A stretch of DNA of 63,017 nt, counting the filler, from Octopus bimaculoides (lineage: Eukaryota): NCBI RefSeq assembly GCF_001194135.2. It is 5 parts of 5 records of this genome, joined end to end, with 100 filler letters (N's around TTAATTAATTAA, not from the genome) between each part and the next. Parts side by side here need not be neighbours in the genome. Positions count along the whole stretch, not along the records: positions 10,804 to 41,443 come from NC_069000.1; positions 41,544 to 54,563 come from NC_068987.1; 3 more parts are not named here. One strand, 5' to 3'. The first letter of the stretch is position 1; every line of letters starts with the position of its first letter. This document shows, piece after piece, positions 35,215 through 47,547 of the stretch. The position numbers were made by a program, and so were the translations under genes. The notes under the pieces were generated by a model, which saw only the letters and a program-made list of their open reading frames with translations, was not told where the DNA came from and ran no database searches.

Positions 35215-35535
35215 CAAATGAATTGACCCCATTACTTAAGTTATTGAAGCCTGGTACGTACTTAATCTGTTGGTCACTTTTGCTAAACCACTAACTTATG
35301 GAGATGTAAACATACTAACATGGTTGTCAAGTTGTAATGGGGACACACACACACACACATATATATATACACAAACACACAGACTTCTTTCACTTTCTGT
35401 CTACCAAATCCACTCACAAAACTTTGGTCAGTCCACGGTTATAGTGGAAGGCACTTGCCTGAGGTGCCACACAGTGGGATTGAACTCAGAATCATGTGGT
35501 TGGGAAGCAAGCTTCTTACCACACAGCCATGCCTA
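35215..35535 (-). mobile_element. SINE family A
   Basis: Collinear with 44929-45349. Confidence 0.85.
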
Positions 35536-36334
35536 CACACAAACACACAAATTGTTGACATCATAACAATCTTGTAAGCTTTTGGGGAAATGTGAAATGA
35601 TTCATTTTTGGAACACAGAATCTTGATACATTTTACTGACTCACAATCTCTGAACAATTTTTGTTGTTTTTTCAACATTTAAATGCATTTTGGTCAGAGG
35701 GTATAATACTTATCTATGGTGGATTTTATTTTCATCACCATATGTACTGTCTCTTTCTTATAACTTAATACTTAAAAAAGCAATACTTAATCTTAAAAAA
35801 AGCAATAAGAGATGAATGGCCCAGTGGCTGCCCTTAGGGAACGGGACGGACAAATCAAAGGACTTAAGGAATTATTGAGGAATATTCACAAAAACAGTAG
35901 TTGTTGAGTTTTCAAGCCAACCCACAACAGATGTTTGCTGTCCTTGGCTATTGTTTCATTTTGTTTGGCTTTACAAACCAGTTTTATCTTGAATCCACAG
36001 ATGAGTGGTTGGCAGGAAATAGATTGCAACTATTTATAACTAACATTAATTGCTCAACCATACAATTACACAGATGGCAGCAAAATTATTCCAGGTTGAA
36101 CTCTTTTTTTTTTTTTTATCTATGATGTTTTTCTTAGTGTTTTAACCTGTGCATGTTTACTGTCTCACCAAAACCCTAACATGCTTTATTTAATGAATAT
36201 TAGAACATGGAGTCGATGCAACTGTTGAATATTCAAGATCTCCAATGGAGTAGATGCCATTATAAGAAAAGATTAAAAAAAAAAAAAATTAAGACTTAAA
36301 AAAAAAAAAGCCTTTACCTGATTCAATCATTGGA

Positions 36335-36690
36335 CAGCAGACATGCTGGGGCACTACCTTCAAGGGTTTTAGTCNNNNNNNNNNTTACAGCACCCCTTCA
36401 TGTCCCCCCCTCTCTCTTTAAATCTGGTACTTATTATTCTATCAGTCTCTTTTGCCAAAATGCTAACTTATGAAGGTGTAAGCAAACCAGTTGTCCAGCA
36501 TGTGGGTTGGTGGGGGGGGGGCTTCAAAACGAAAACACACACATGCATGATAGGCTTCCACACAGTTTCCATCTATCAAATTTACTTGCAAGGCAGAGTT
36601 ATAGTAGAAAACACTTGCCTAAGGTGGTGCACAGTGGGACTGAACTTAAAACCACATGATTGCAAACCAAGTTTCTTACCCATACAGCCA
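36335..36690 (-). mobile_element. SINE family A (degenerate)
   Basis: Collinear with the family consensus. Confidence 0.75.
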
Positions 36691-37419
36691 CACCGTGTTT
36701 ATTCTGATAACCTGACTGTTTACCTGAACTGGTATTTAAATTTTTAACAATCATATTTAGCATATTTTAGGTAGATTGCCTTATTTTTAGCAAGATTCAA
36801 GTGTTTTGGCAGCCTCAAAACATTGGGAAGCACTGCATTAACTTATGACCAAGCTATCATGTTTGGATCAGAAAACAAAAGTAAAACAATAATACGAAGA
36901 AAAAAAAACGCAAAAATTAATAAAAACCAAATGTTTTTGGCAGAACAAAATGGTGAACAACAGAAAGACACAACTGACCATGTCACATTCATGTCCTGTT
37001 GGTCAGTTTACTGAAGTCCTAAAGTACAAACCAAATATCTTTCAGCATTAATCTGTCACCTTAAGTGAAGTTTATACACGACAAACATCACCATAAATTA
37101 TCCACTGAACATATATTGCTGTGACTGAAAGACGGAATGATTCATTATTTCAGTTGAAGAGTTTCCCCATCATCAATGCATTGTTGTTCTCTTTGTATTC
37201 CACACTACATGTGTTTCATAGATCAGACATTTCTGTGGGAGCAGATGTTTCTTAGAATAGAAAGTTTTAAAAAGTTTTCTCAGAATAAGAGCTTTATTTC
37301 ACTTCAACACTTTGACAGTTTTTTTCTTCTTTTTCATCTTTTATTTCTTCTTCTTTTACTTCTGCCAGAAAGTTACTATGAAAGGTTAACAACATGCGCT
37401 TCAAGCCAACAACGGAGAT

Positions 37420-37755
37420 TTATATGATTACTCAACCTGCTAGAAATAACAACGAAATCTCTGTAAAAACCATACCCTACTGTCTTAAAAAATAAAGAAG
37501 AGCATATTGGATCATGTAGTCCCAGATCTTTTACTTTTCCGGAAAGTTACTGAGAAAGATAAATGTGTGTTTTGAGCCAAGCAGGGATTTATGTGATAAC
37601 TCAACCTGCTAGAAATAACAACCAAATCTCTCTAAAAATCAAAGCCTACTGTCTTAAAAATTAAGGACGTATTTGAATATTGTAGTCCTAGGTATACTGT
37701 GTCTGAAAATAAGACAACATGGACATAGCTGGAGAACATTTGACCATAGGAGTGA
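37420..37755 (+). mobile_element. Two tandem SINE family E copies (37420-37525 and 37585-37755)
   Basis: Shared ctcaacctgctagaaataacaac-aaatctct...ctactgtcttaaaaa; homologs at 46920 and 47548. Confidence 0.75.
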
Positions 37756-38874
37756 TAAGAGTTATGTAACAGCAAGAACAATAACTGCAACACATGGCTA
37801 AAGTTTCCTTTTTTTTTTTTTTCTAAAGAAATATGAAATTAAATTTTTTTTTTCTTTACAAGGAAAAACAAATTAGCAAAGTTTAATGTCTTGCATAAAA
37901 TCTCAAAAGAAAGTTAAGTGAAGTGAAATAACTATCACTGAGAATTGAAAACCAGGTTGCAAAATTAGGTTTGCCAAGGGTTCAAGAGATATTTTCTCTG
38001 CCTCTTAAACACATCTCTCCATGACTCACGACATCTTGAGTCTAACAGCGACATCTATGTCACACAAAAGCAGAGACATTACAATATCAAGGCTTTGGAC
38101 CAGCTTGCCTTCCACAGTGGACACCAAAGAAATTACATTATTTTTCTCTTTCTTTCATTCGTAATATCCATCATAAAACAAAATCCAATTTCTTTTAGTT
38201 TACCTCAGAGAGGAAACATTACACAAACCTGGAATTAAAAAAAAAAAAAAAAAAAAATTTCCCCATTTTCTCAAATGGTTTATGCATGTCACCATTACAG
38301 TATTGCAGGAGCTGTGTAGAAGACCTAAAACATTTCTTCTTCTTCAGACCCAATGCTAGTTTTATTTTCTAACATAAACAATAATTAAATCTTGAGTTGC
38401 AAGCAGTGAAAATTGAATTTGCTACTCATGTAATTTGCTACCCATATAATTTAATACAGATTAGTAGTTAGCAAAGCAAGAAATAACCTTATAAATAAAA
38501 GAGAAACTCGATCAATGATGGACGAGAAACCTAAGTATAGAACAAATGCGTGCGCATGCGTATGAGGCGGGNNNNNNNNNNNNNNNNNGGGGGGGGGGGG
38601 AATGCACACGCGTACTCCCTACTGTAATTTTAGATATCCAGTGTATACTCAATTTGATCTATGTTACGGTGCTCAGCTGTCACAGAAAACTCATTAGCAG
38701 TTGTTGGTTAGCCCTAGGTTAGCACTGATCCAGTTGACCTATGATTACAGATGCTTCAACTGAGAATACAAAATATACAGAATACAGTTGTTTTTTTTTG
38801 TTTTTTTTATATATCTAAGATTATATTATGCAGTAATGTCCTTCCTTTTCGAAGAGGGTAGTGCATGATTTTGC

Positions 38875-39175
38875 TACTATTTCTATCAGTCCTAGTACTT
38901 ATTTTATCAGTCACTTTTGCTGAACCACTAAGTTATGGGGATGTAACACATCAGTACCAATTGTCAAGCAGTGGTAGGGGACAAAGACACACACAAATTT
39001 ATGTATGTATTTTTACGATGGTTTTTTTTTTTCCTTTTCCATCTACCAAATCTACTCATAAGGCTTTAGTTGGCCCGAGGCTGGCTATAGTAGGAAACAT
39101 TTGCCCCAAGGTGCCACACAGTAGGAGTGAACCTGGAACTATGTGGTTGGGAACAGCCATGCCTGCACCTCTGAA
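38875..39175 (-). mobile_element. SINE family A
   Basis: Collinear with the family consensus. Confidence 0.8.
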
Positions 39176-40244
39176 AACCTATTTCAATTTCAGAATTTAG
39201 TTTTAATTTTGAGATGTTCTTTTCTCATTTTATATATTTCTTCTCAACTACTTTATTACAAAAAAAAAAAAAAGGGAAAAAAAGGAAAGAATCTGTGTTT
39301 CATGGATTGGACGCTCAACATAACTGAGAGGAGAAAACTCAAGAGTTGAAGGATAAGATTTAAAATCTCATTTCTGATTGCAAAAAAAAAAAAAGGCTAA
39401 CCTATCTATTTTCAAGAAAATGTTTATAATTAACTTAAATAATTGCAGGCATGTTTTCATATGTCAGCCGTAACATTAATTGCTTTTTACTTGATGGCAT
39501 CAACTAAGCCATTTCTCACTTTCTACCCCACCCCCCACATTTCTTCCCTATCACTTATTTACTAAGACAGGTTTGCTAAAATGGATTGCCAGGATTTTGC
39601 TAATTTCAAAATTTGATTTATTTTCTATAAAGGCCCTAATACTAGGATATTAATCCACACAACATATGGGGTAATTTATTATATTCTTGATTATTTTTTC
39701 CTTTTCCTTTTTTTTTTTTTTTCATAATAATTATTTGGGGACTTTGAACCCCATAAGTCCAGTAGTTAGAATTTGTACAAGCAGGGGTTAGACAAGTGCA
39801 ATTTGAAGTCAACTTGAAGTACTCCCTTTTTAGGCTTAGTGTTCCCAAATCACAGACTGGCTGGTTCTGGCATATCTTTTATCTTTTACTTGTTTCAGTA
39901 ATGAGACTATGGCCATGCTGGGGCACCACCTTGGAGAACTTTTAATTGGAAACTACACTCATTTACATTTTCTAGTAAATTACGCAAATTGGCAACGTTT
40001 ATGGCAACATCGGTGAACAGCTCTCCATTCACTTTATACACTATATCTCACATTTGTCACCCCCTATTAATCCATTTAGAACAGTTAGATTTTGTTATAA
40101 CACACATTTTCCTCTGAACTCAACCAGAGTATTTTCGTGACGAGGTGGATACTAGTTTGATAGTTGAGCACTGATTGCCTGTATGCAAATGAGTTCATAA
40201 CTGGGGTCCAGAACTCTCATGGGGAAAAAAAAAAAAATTGTGGT

Positions 40245-40365
40245 CTGGAACTATAGTGCTATAGTAAAAGACACTTGCTTTGCCTGAGGTGCCATGCCGT
40301 AGAACTGAACCTGAAACTATGTGGTTGGGAAGCAAGCTTCTTAACCATACAGCTACACCTAGGCC
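40245..40365 (-). mobile_element. SINE family A 5' part
   Basis: ctatagtaaaagacacttgc...gaaaccatgtggttggg-like sequence. Confidence 0.75.
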
Positions 40366-40944
40366 TATACTAGAATGGAAAAGGAAACATCAAAATGATG
40401 ATGATGATGGTGATAACAATACATAACAATGCTATTTCATTCAGACAGATGTTGGTAGTGATACAATCATACGATCACATATATATTATGCTTTCAAGGG
40501 ATTCAAACATTGGACAGCAGCCACATTGGGATATGCCTTTGAAAGGCTTTTAGTTAATCTCATATATTAATTCAGTACTTACTGGGAGTCAAGCATATAT
40601 TTTATCACCAGGTGTATATTTGATCAATCGATATTTATCAACTCACCAATTTATGGTTCTGATGTAAAGGGATGTGACCCAAAATACTGGTTTACAATGA
40701 CAAACATAAAATACAGCCTTAAATTACACGCATGTGCATGCTTGTGCATGCGTGCACACACACATACACACACAGACATGTGGTTATACAGAAGCATCTT
40801 AGGAGGAGTGAAAAACGGTAGATATCACTGCAAAGAGATAAAGAGGAGTGACAGAGAAGGAGAGGGTGTGATCATGCGCATGCATACGTGTGTGTGTGTG
40901 TGTGTGGATGGCTCTGTCTGTCCCCCACACCACTTAACAATTAG

Positions 40945-41100
40945 TGTCAGTGTATTTTCATCCTTGTGATTTGCCAGTTTGGCAAAAGAAATTGGCACAA
41001 TAATTACCAGGCCAATTAATGGGGCCAATTTGTTCAACTGAAATTCTTCAAGGTAGTGCTCCAGTATGGCCACAGTGCAATGACCGCAACAAGTAAAAGA
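40945..41100 (+). mobile_element. SINE family A 3' half
   Basis: gtgctccagtatggccacagtgcaatgac...acaagtaaaaga. Confidence 0.65.
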
Positions 41101-41156
41101 TGAAGCAAATGAAACAAACCGTGGAAGCACGGAAGAGGAACTTCTACACAGTTTCT

Positions 41157-41388
41157 TATTTCTTTATTGCCCACAAGGGGCTACACACAAAGGGGACAAA
41201 CAAGGACAAACGACAAGGGATTAAGTCATTTACATCGACCCCAGTACGTAACTGCTACTTAATTTATCGACCCCGAAAGGATGAAAGGCAAAGTTGACCT
41301 CGGTGGAATTTGAACTCAGAACGTAACGGCAGACGAAATACTGATTAGCATTTCACCCGGCGTGCTAACGATTCGGCCAGCTGGCCGT
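41157..41388 (-). mobile_element. SINE family B, full length, with 15-bp TSD
   Basis: TSD TTCTACACAGTTTCT (41142-41156) / TTCTGCACAGTTTCT (41389-41403); CpG-rich body. Confidence 0.93.
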
Positions 41389-41543
41389 TTCTGCACAGTT
41401 TCTATCAGCCAAAGTTCAAGTCACAAAGTAAGCTTAAGCTTTCNNNNNNNNNNNNNNNNNNNNNNNNNNNNNNNNNNNNNNNNNNNNTTAATTAATTAAN
41501 NNNNNNNNNNNNNNNNNNNNNNNNNNNNNNNNNNNNNNNNNNN

Positions 41544-41645
41544 CTTTGCCCAGGCTATTCTTATTCTAGCAGCTACACTTTCAGCGCACCCACCCCCACT
41601 ACTAACTTGGTCGCCCAGATAGCGGAAGCTATCGACTACCTCTAG
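41544..41645 (+). mobile_element. Candidate Helitron 3' terminus
   Basis: 16-nt hairpin GATAGC-GGAA-GCTATC (41618-41633), 8-nt spacer, CTAG (41642-41645) followed by T; the 5' part is lost in the gap. Confidence 0.45.
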
Positions 41646-42109
41646 TTTTTCACCCTGGAATGAGATAGAAGTTGTTTCCTGTTTGTTTACAGTCTTTATT
41701 GCACCTGAACATCTGCCACAAACAAAAACTAACTTGCTAGTTAACCTGCCTTTGATGTTGCTGCACCTCTTATGTGTCCATAGCTTGCACCGGGTACATC
41801 TTATAGAGTTACTACCTACTCCTTTTATAAATAATAATTTTTAAAATAGCTAGTAATCCAAATTACAATGATAATGGTGTGCAGTCTTAAGAAGTTGCAT
41901 AGCCTAATTACATCCATGTGTGGGCTGTGAATAAGAAAAAGACGGACTCATGTCTCTATATATATATATCTATCTATTTTGTCTCAGTGAGAAATTAATC
42001 TGGTGATGGCCTTCCAGGTAGCCTGAGACGAGGATTCACCTAAACAGCTTTGTTGTTATTTATCAATTCAAGATCCTCTCACCTTGTATTTGTTTTCGTT
42101 TTGCATGCT

Positions 42110-42288
42110 CTATCATTTACTTGCTTCAGTTATTAAACCATGGCCATGCTGGGGTACCACCTTGAATGAATTGACCCCAATACTTATTTTCTGCTTCAGC
42201 CTGGTACTTATTCTGTTGGTTTCCTTTGCTGAACTGCTAAGTTATAGGAATGTAAACACATTAACAGTGGTGGGGAGATAAACACGCA

Positions 42289-42329
<41 letters not shown>

Positions 42330-42520
42330 GCACGCACACACACACGTACATGCATGTGTGACTGTGTTCTTTCAGTATCCGTCTACCAAATCCACTCACA
42401 AGCCTTCGGTTGGCCTTGTGGTATAGTAGAAGCTACTTGCCCAAGGTGCCATGCAGTGGGACTGAACCAGGAACCATGTAGTTGGGAAGCAAACTTCTTA
42501 CCACAAAGCCATGCCTGTGC
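42110..42520 (-). mobile_element. SINE family A, full length
   Basis: Collinear with 44929-45349, internal (CA)n. Confidence 0.88.
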
Positions 42521-42531
42521 TCTAGTTTATG

Positions 42532-42600
42532 TCTTCTTCTTCTTCTTCTTCTTCTTCTTCTTCTTCTCTTCCTCCTTCTCCTCCTCCTCCTCCTTCTTCT
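42532..42600. repeat. (CTT)n/(CTC)n microsatellite
   Basis: Direct inspection. Confidence 0.92.
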
Positions 42601-42951
42601 TCACCTAGATTGTAAAATATAGCTGGATATAACTGCCACAGAATAAATCAAAATAAACTGTTGATGGACAAAAGAGATAAATAAAATGGGTAAATCATAA
42701 AGAAGGAATAAAAAGAAGGAGCGGGGAGCATGGGAGAAAAATATATCAAAATAGAACTGGATAAGAAAACTGTTCTTTATTCATAAGTCTATTTCTGTCT
42801 TCTGTATATCTTATGTTAGCTATTACAGAATATTGAATTCATTTGGAGCCACAATTTATTCAATTATTTCTCCAATTTACAATAAAAGTATTTCCTAAAA
42901 ACACCTGCTACCATTATTGTTATTTGGAATCCATAAGTATTATAGATTGTG

Positions 42952-43332
42952 GAGGCGCAATGGCCCAGTGGTTAGGACAGCAGACTCGCAGTCATAGGAT
43001 CGCATTTTCAATTTCCAGACTGAGCGTTGTGAGTGTTTATTGAGTGAAAACACCTAAAGCTCCACGAGGCTCCGGCAGGGGATGGTAGCAAACCCTGCTG
43101 TACACTTTCACCACAACTTTCTCTCACTCTTTCTTCCTGTTTCTGTTGTACCTGTATTTCAAAGGGCCCAGCCTTGTCACACTCTGTGTCACGCTGAATC
43201 TCCCCAAGAACTACATTAAGGGTACACATGTCTGTGGAGTGCTCAGCCACCAGCATGTTAATTTTACAAGCAGGCTGTTCCATTGATAAGATCATCTGGA
43301 ACCCTCGTCGTCGTAACCAACGGAGTGCCACG
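42952..43332 (+). mobile_element. tRNA-derived SINE family F, full length, 13-bp TSD
   Basis: TSD ATTATAGATTGTG at 42939-42951 and 43333-43345; A-box-like tggcccagtgg in the head. Confidence 0.92.
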
Positions 43333-43705
43333 ATTATAGATTGTGTATTTTATTTCCTCTCTTCGTGTATTTTATTGACTAATTGTTTGATGTATTGACT
43401 ATTAAGGCCACTAGCTATCATGCTCTATATCTCCTAATGATTAGTTCGCTATTTTATTGCCACTTAAAGTCAAGTATTCGACAAAAGTTTACTGCTGTAT
43501 TTAGTTACATCAATTCAGATTCTGAGTTCAATTTTTGCTGAGATTTTCAAGTAGTACCCAAGTACTAAGATTTCAACTATTCCTGTCCATGGAATTTTGC
43601 AGCCTTGTGCCCTAAGCTAGAAATTATAATTAGTAAAATGAATTAAACTTTGTGTTTACAGGAAGAAAAGATCAACTTATCAAGAAAAAAAAATCCCCCA
43701 TAATT

Positions 43706-43866
43706 ACAGGAGTAGTTGTGTGGTAAGTGGCTTGCTTACCAACAACATGGTTCTGGATTCAGTCCCATTTATGGGTACCTTGGGCAAATGTCTTCTAGTA
43801 TAGCCTCAGGCTGACCAAAGCCTTGTGAATGGATTTGGTAGACGGAAACTGAAAGAAGCTCGCCGT
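43706..43866 (+). mobile_element. SINE family A 5' half
   Basis: acaggagtagttgtgtggtaag...gtagacggaaactgaaagaagc then (TA)n/(CA)n. Confidence 0.9.
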
Positions 43867-43896
43867 ATATATATATATATATATCCACACAAACAC

Positions 43897-43937
<41 letters not shown>

Positions 43938-44084
43938 AGGAAGCAAAGAAAACGACAATAAAAAAGTGGGGAATAAACAGCAGAAGATGGTGGGGAAGGG
44001 GTAGGGAGTAACCCCAGAACAAACGGTGTATTTGTCCACACCTTGCAGACATGATTGCAAAGGTGTTGTCAAGAGGAATGGCTG

Positions 44085-44232
44085 GTGAGGGGTGGTGGCT
44101 GCAGTGTTGGATAAAATGCATTGCAGCCTTGTAGTGTTTGGTCTGGCTCTGTACATTCTGAGTTCAAATCCTGTCGAGGTCAACTTTGCCTTTCACCCTT
44201 CCAAGGTCGATAACATAAAGTACCAGTTAAGT
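44085..44232 (+). mobile_element. SINE family B (partial)
   Basis: ttctgagttcaaatcctgtcgaggtcaactttgcctttcaccc...taccagtta. Confidence 0.8.
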
Positions 44233-44239
44233 ATTTGTA

Positions 44240-44377
44240 CTCGTCGTTGTCATTGGCATCATCATCGTCATCATCATCATCACCATCATCATCATCACCA
44301 TCGTCATCATCGTCATCATCATCGTCATCATCATCATCACCATCGTCATCATCACCATCGTCATCATCGTCATCGTC

Positions 44378-44408
<31 letters not shown>

Positions 44409-44445
44409 CCCTCAACACCATCATCATCATCTTCATCTTCATCCT
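44240..44445. repeat. (CAT)n/(CAC)n/(CGT)n compound trinucleotide microsatellite
   Basis: Direct inspection. Confidence 0.92.
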
Positions 44446-44577
44446 CAGCCCCTGGACATAATTATCTCCTAGGCATTCATAGGGTCAGTTACCCAGTTTC
44501 CATGGCATAACAGTGATTGAGATCACAACATTCCTACGGAATGGGATGCAAATTCCTTTGCAGGGTTATTCATCTAC

Positions 44578-44705
44578 AGCTGAGTGAACTGGTGCTATGT
44601 GAAATGAAGTGTTTTGCTCAAGAATACAATGCACTGCCTAGCATGGGAACTGAAACTACTATCTTGCAATCATGAGTGCAACACCCTAACTTCTAGCCTA
44701 CATAC
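44578..44705 (-). mobile_element. SINE family C 5' part
   Basis: rc matches the 10000-10130 head and body. Confidence 0.7.
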
Positions 44706-44928
44706 CTTTACTGGGGTCAATATAATTACTTCACTGGGATCAGTGTTATTCTCCCTGCAAATTTTTGACTTTGGTGCCTCTGTTACAATTAGTTATTATT
44801 ATTGGTGGGAGCAAAGGGGTGTGATCAGGAAGGAATAAGAAGAAGGATTGGGAGCATGGGACACAGGGGAGATACTTAACTGACAGCTGATTAATTCAAT
44901 GTAGTTAATCAGAAGGATACAACTAATA

Positions 44929-45139
44929 CTCTTTTACTCTTTTACTTGTTTCAGTCATTTGACTGCGGCCATGCTGGAGTACCGCCTTTAGTCGAGCAAA
45001 TCGACCCCAGGACTTATTCTTTGTAAGCCTAGTACTTATTCTATCAGTCTCTTTTGCCGAACTGCTAAGTGACGGAGACGTGAACACACCAGCATCGGTT
45101 GTTAAGCAATGCTAGGGAGACAAACACAGACACACAAAT

Positions 45140-45187
<48 letters not shown>

Positions 45188-45349
45188 ATATATACAACGG
45201 GCTTCTTTCAGTTTCCGTTTACCAAATCCACTCACAAGACTTTGGTCGGCCCTAGGCTATAGTAGAAGACACTTGCCCAAGATACCACGCAGTGGGACTG
45301 AACCCAGAACCATGTGGTTGGTAAGCAAGCTACTTACCACACAGCCACT
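44929..45349 (-). mobile_element. SINE family A, full-length young copy with internal (TA)n
   Basis: tRNA-like head on the minus strand, retained CpGs, gagtaaaa tail repeats; used as reference for the family. Confidence 0.95.
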
Positions 45350-45506
45350 ACAGATACTTGATGCATTGATATTTTGTTTTAGATTAACTACAACAGGGAT
45401 TATTGTTTTACAAATTATTTTTTCTGACAAACGTATCATAATCAAAATTACTCTTGTTTTCGTTCATTATAAATCTAAATAACTTTTTTCTTTTCTTTTT
45501 TTCTAG

Positions 45507-45667
45507 CACAAAGGTCTTCCTTACTGCAATCAATGTTACCAGGCATTGTATGGCCCTCAGATGTGTGGATATGGCTCAAATGTGTTTTCTCAAGCAAATT
45601 ATCGGAAAAAGTTAACAATACCTATCAGAAAACATGGAACTAAGGATCCTCCTACTTTACGCAAAAG
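45507..45667 (+). CDS. Coding exon: C-terminal zinc finger of a LIM domain (CRIP/invertebrate RASSF type), phase 0/2
   Basis: Long polypyrimidine tract + ctag acceptor, AG/gttggt donor; reads HKGLPYCNQCYQALYGPQMCGYGSNVFSQANYRKK..., fitting the H.G.PYC..CY.AL[FY]GP...GYG LIM pattern. Confidence 0.85.
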
Positions 45668-46299
45668 GTTGGTATCTACTAAAAAGAAATAACATTGAGA
45701 CTTTTGTTTTGATGTTGTAATGGTTAATTCTCTAATCATTGCAAGTCTTTGCATTATATACTTATTTCTCTTCATTTATCCCTTTTTTTTTAGTTATGAA
45801 TGGAGACATTCTATAAAAGATAAAATTACTAGCTATTCAGATAAAAATTTCATTATCAGATTAAATCTAATTATTTCATGAAATTAAAGATAACTGATGA
45901 CTAGTTATAGAGATAATTAACATTTAGTGAGTTTTAGTTGATTAGATTCTCCCATAATTTTGAGTTAACTGATAGTATAAGTGTAGACAATTTATAAACG
46001 AGTTTTACTAATCTTTCTATTAATTTACACACAATGTACATCAACCCACTCTTCTTTCTGATAAGCTTAATGTTCAAACTTCACTAATTAACACTGCAAT
46101 TATCTATTTAGTGCTTAATTTGTGCCTGCTCTTGCTAATTTTAAGTTTTATTCTTTCTGTTTTTATATCTTGCTAATTATAATTTATTCAAATTTGTCAT
46201 TTGTATTATTTCTTTGACATATTTTATTGTAACATAAGCAGAACTGTACTTGGACCTAAATTTCACTTCAAATTATTTTAGTCTACTCAGCTTAACGAG

Positions 46300-46405
46300 G
46301 ACAAACACACACACACACATGCATGGATGCACACATGTGCACACACTCACACACACTGGCATGCATGTGCATACACATATACACATGTACATACAGGTAC
46401 ATCTA
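46300..46405. repeat. (AC)n/(ATGC)n low-complexity tract
   Basis: Direct inspection. Confidence 0.8.
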
Positions 46406-46919
46406 TGCAATCATTATTTCTGCAGGAAATAAGAAATCCAAGCCATCACTTATCATAAACATTATTTTACTTTTTTCAATTACATGTTATACTTCAAAGG
46501 TTTTTTAGACCACATATCACACAATCTATCTGTGTGTAATTGATATAGTTTTAACTGTAAGCACATAAGAAGAGCTACTGGAAGTTTTTAGGCTAATAAA
46601 ATGAATTTGGTCTCAAAATAAATCCTAACAACAACACAGTGAAATTACTAGATCAACAGTAGTAAAAACCCAATTTTTTGCAGGGTGGGACAAGGATGTG
46701 TTTTAATGTGTGTAGAGGATTTGTAAATGTTATTTTAGAAGACCGAATATTTTAAAATGTACTTAGTTACTTGGTCTTTACAACTTTATCTGCTGTAGCT
46801 AAGAGGAATGTTTTTTAAAAAAAGTCTCACCTCATTCTGGTAACAGAAAAATGTTCTTTCTGATATCTGTCCTACATATGATGGATATATTATATAAAAA
46901 GATTGTTGTTGAGCTGCAG

Positions 46920-47020
46920 GACTGACTATCTAGGACTACATTATCTAATGTGTTCTTTTTTAAGATAGAAGGGTGTTGTTTGGGATAGATTTGACTGCTA
47001 TTTTTTAGCAGGTTGACCCA
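46920..47020 (-). mobile_element. SINE family E fragment
   Basis: ctaggactacattatctaatgtg...gatttgactgctatttttagcaggttga is the rc of the 37585 and 47825 copies. Confidence 0.75.
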
Positions 47021-47214
47021 ATTATAAAATGTTGGGAAAATGAATATGTGAATGGTATCATCTTGTAAAAAACCACTTGATGAATGAGAAGTTGAGTTTG
47101 AATGAGCTAACAAAATAGCTAGAGATGAATAAGTTAATACATGAAATAACTGGAGAGGGATGAGTTTAATAAAGACAATCACTGGAAATGATGTAGACAT
47201 AGCAAACTAATCAT

Positions 47215-47446
47215 CTTCATCATTTGACATCTGTTTTCCATGCTGGCATGGGTTGGATGGTATGAGGGGAGCTGGCAAGCTGAAGAGTTACATCAATTGT
47301 CTGTTTTTACATGGTTTCAATAGCTTGATGTCCTTCCTAATGGCAACCACTTTGCAGAGTGTACTAGGTACTTTTATGTGTCACCAGCATGGGTGCTTTC
47401 TATGTGGCGCCAGCACGAGTGCTTTATACATGGCACCAGCATTTAA
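47215..47446 (-). mobile_element. SINE-like family D
   Basis: rc of the 19870-20112 copy, with the caccagca repeats. Confidence 0.8.
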
Positions 47447-47547
47447 ATAATAAGGAATACCAGAGTAGTAGAAAATATAAAAGCTTAATTTAAAATTTTG
47501 CTAATTGCTATCCAGACAATATCAGATGTATTACAAGAGTTTCGGAA

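Noticed and set aside
44092-44510. Poly-His, poly-Ser and poly-Met ORFs
   Set aside because: Three frames of a CAT microsatellite preceded by SINE sequence.
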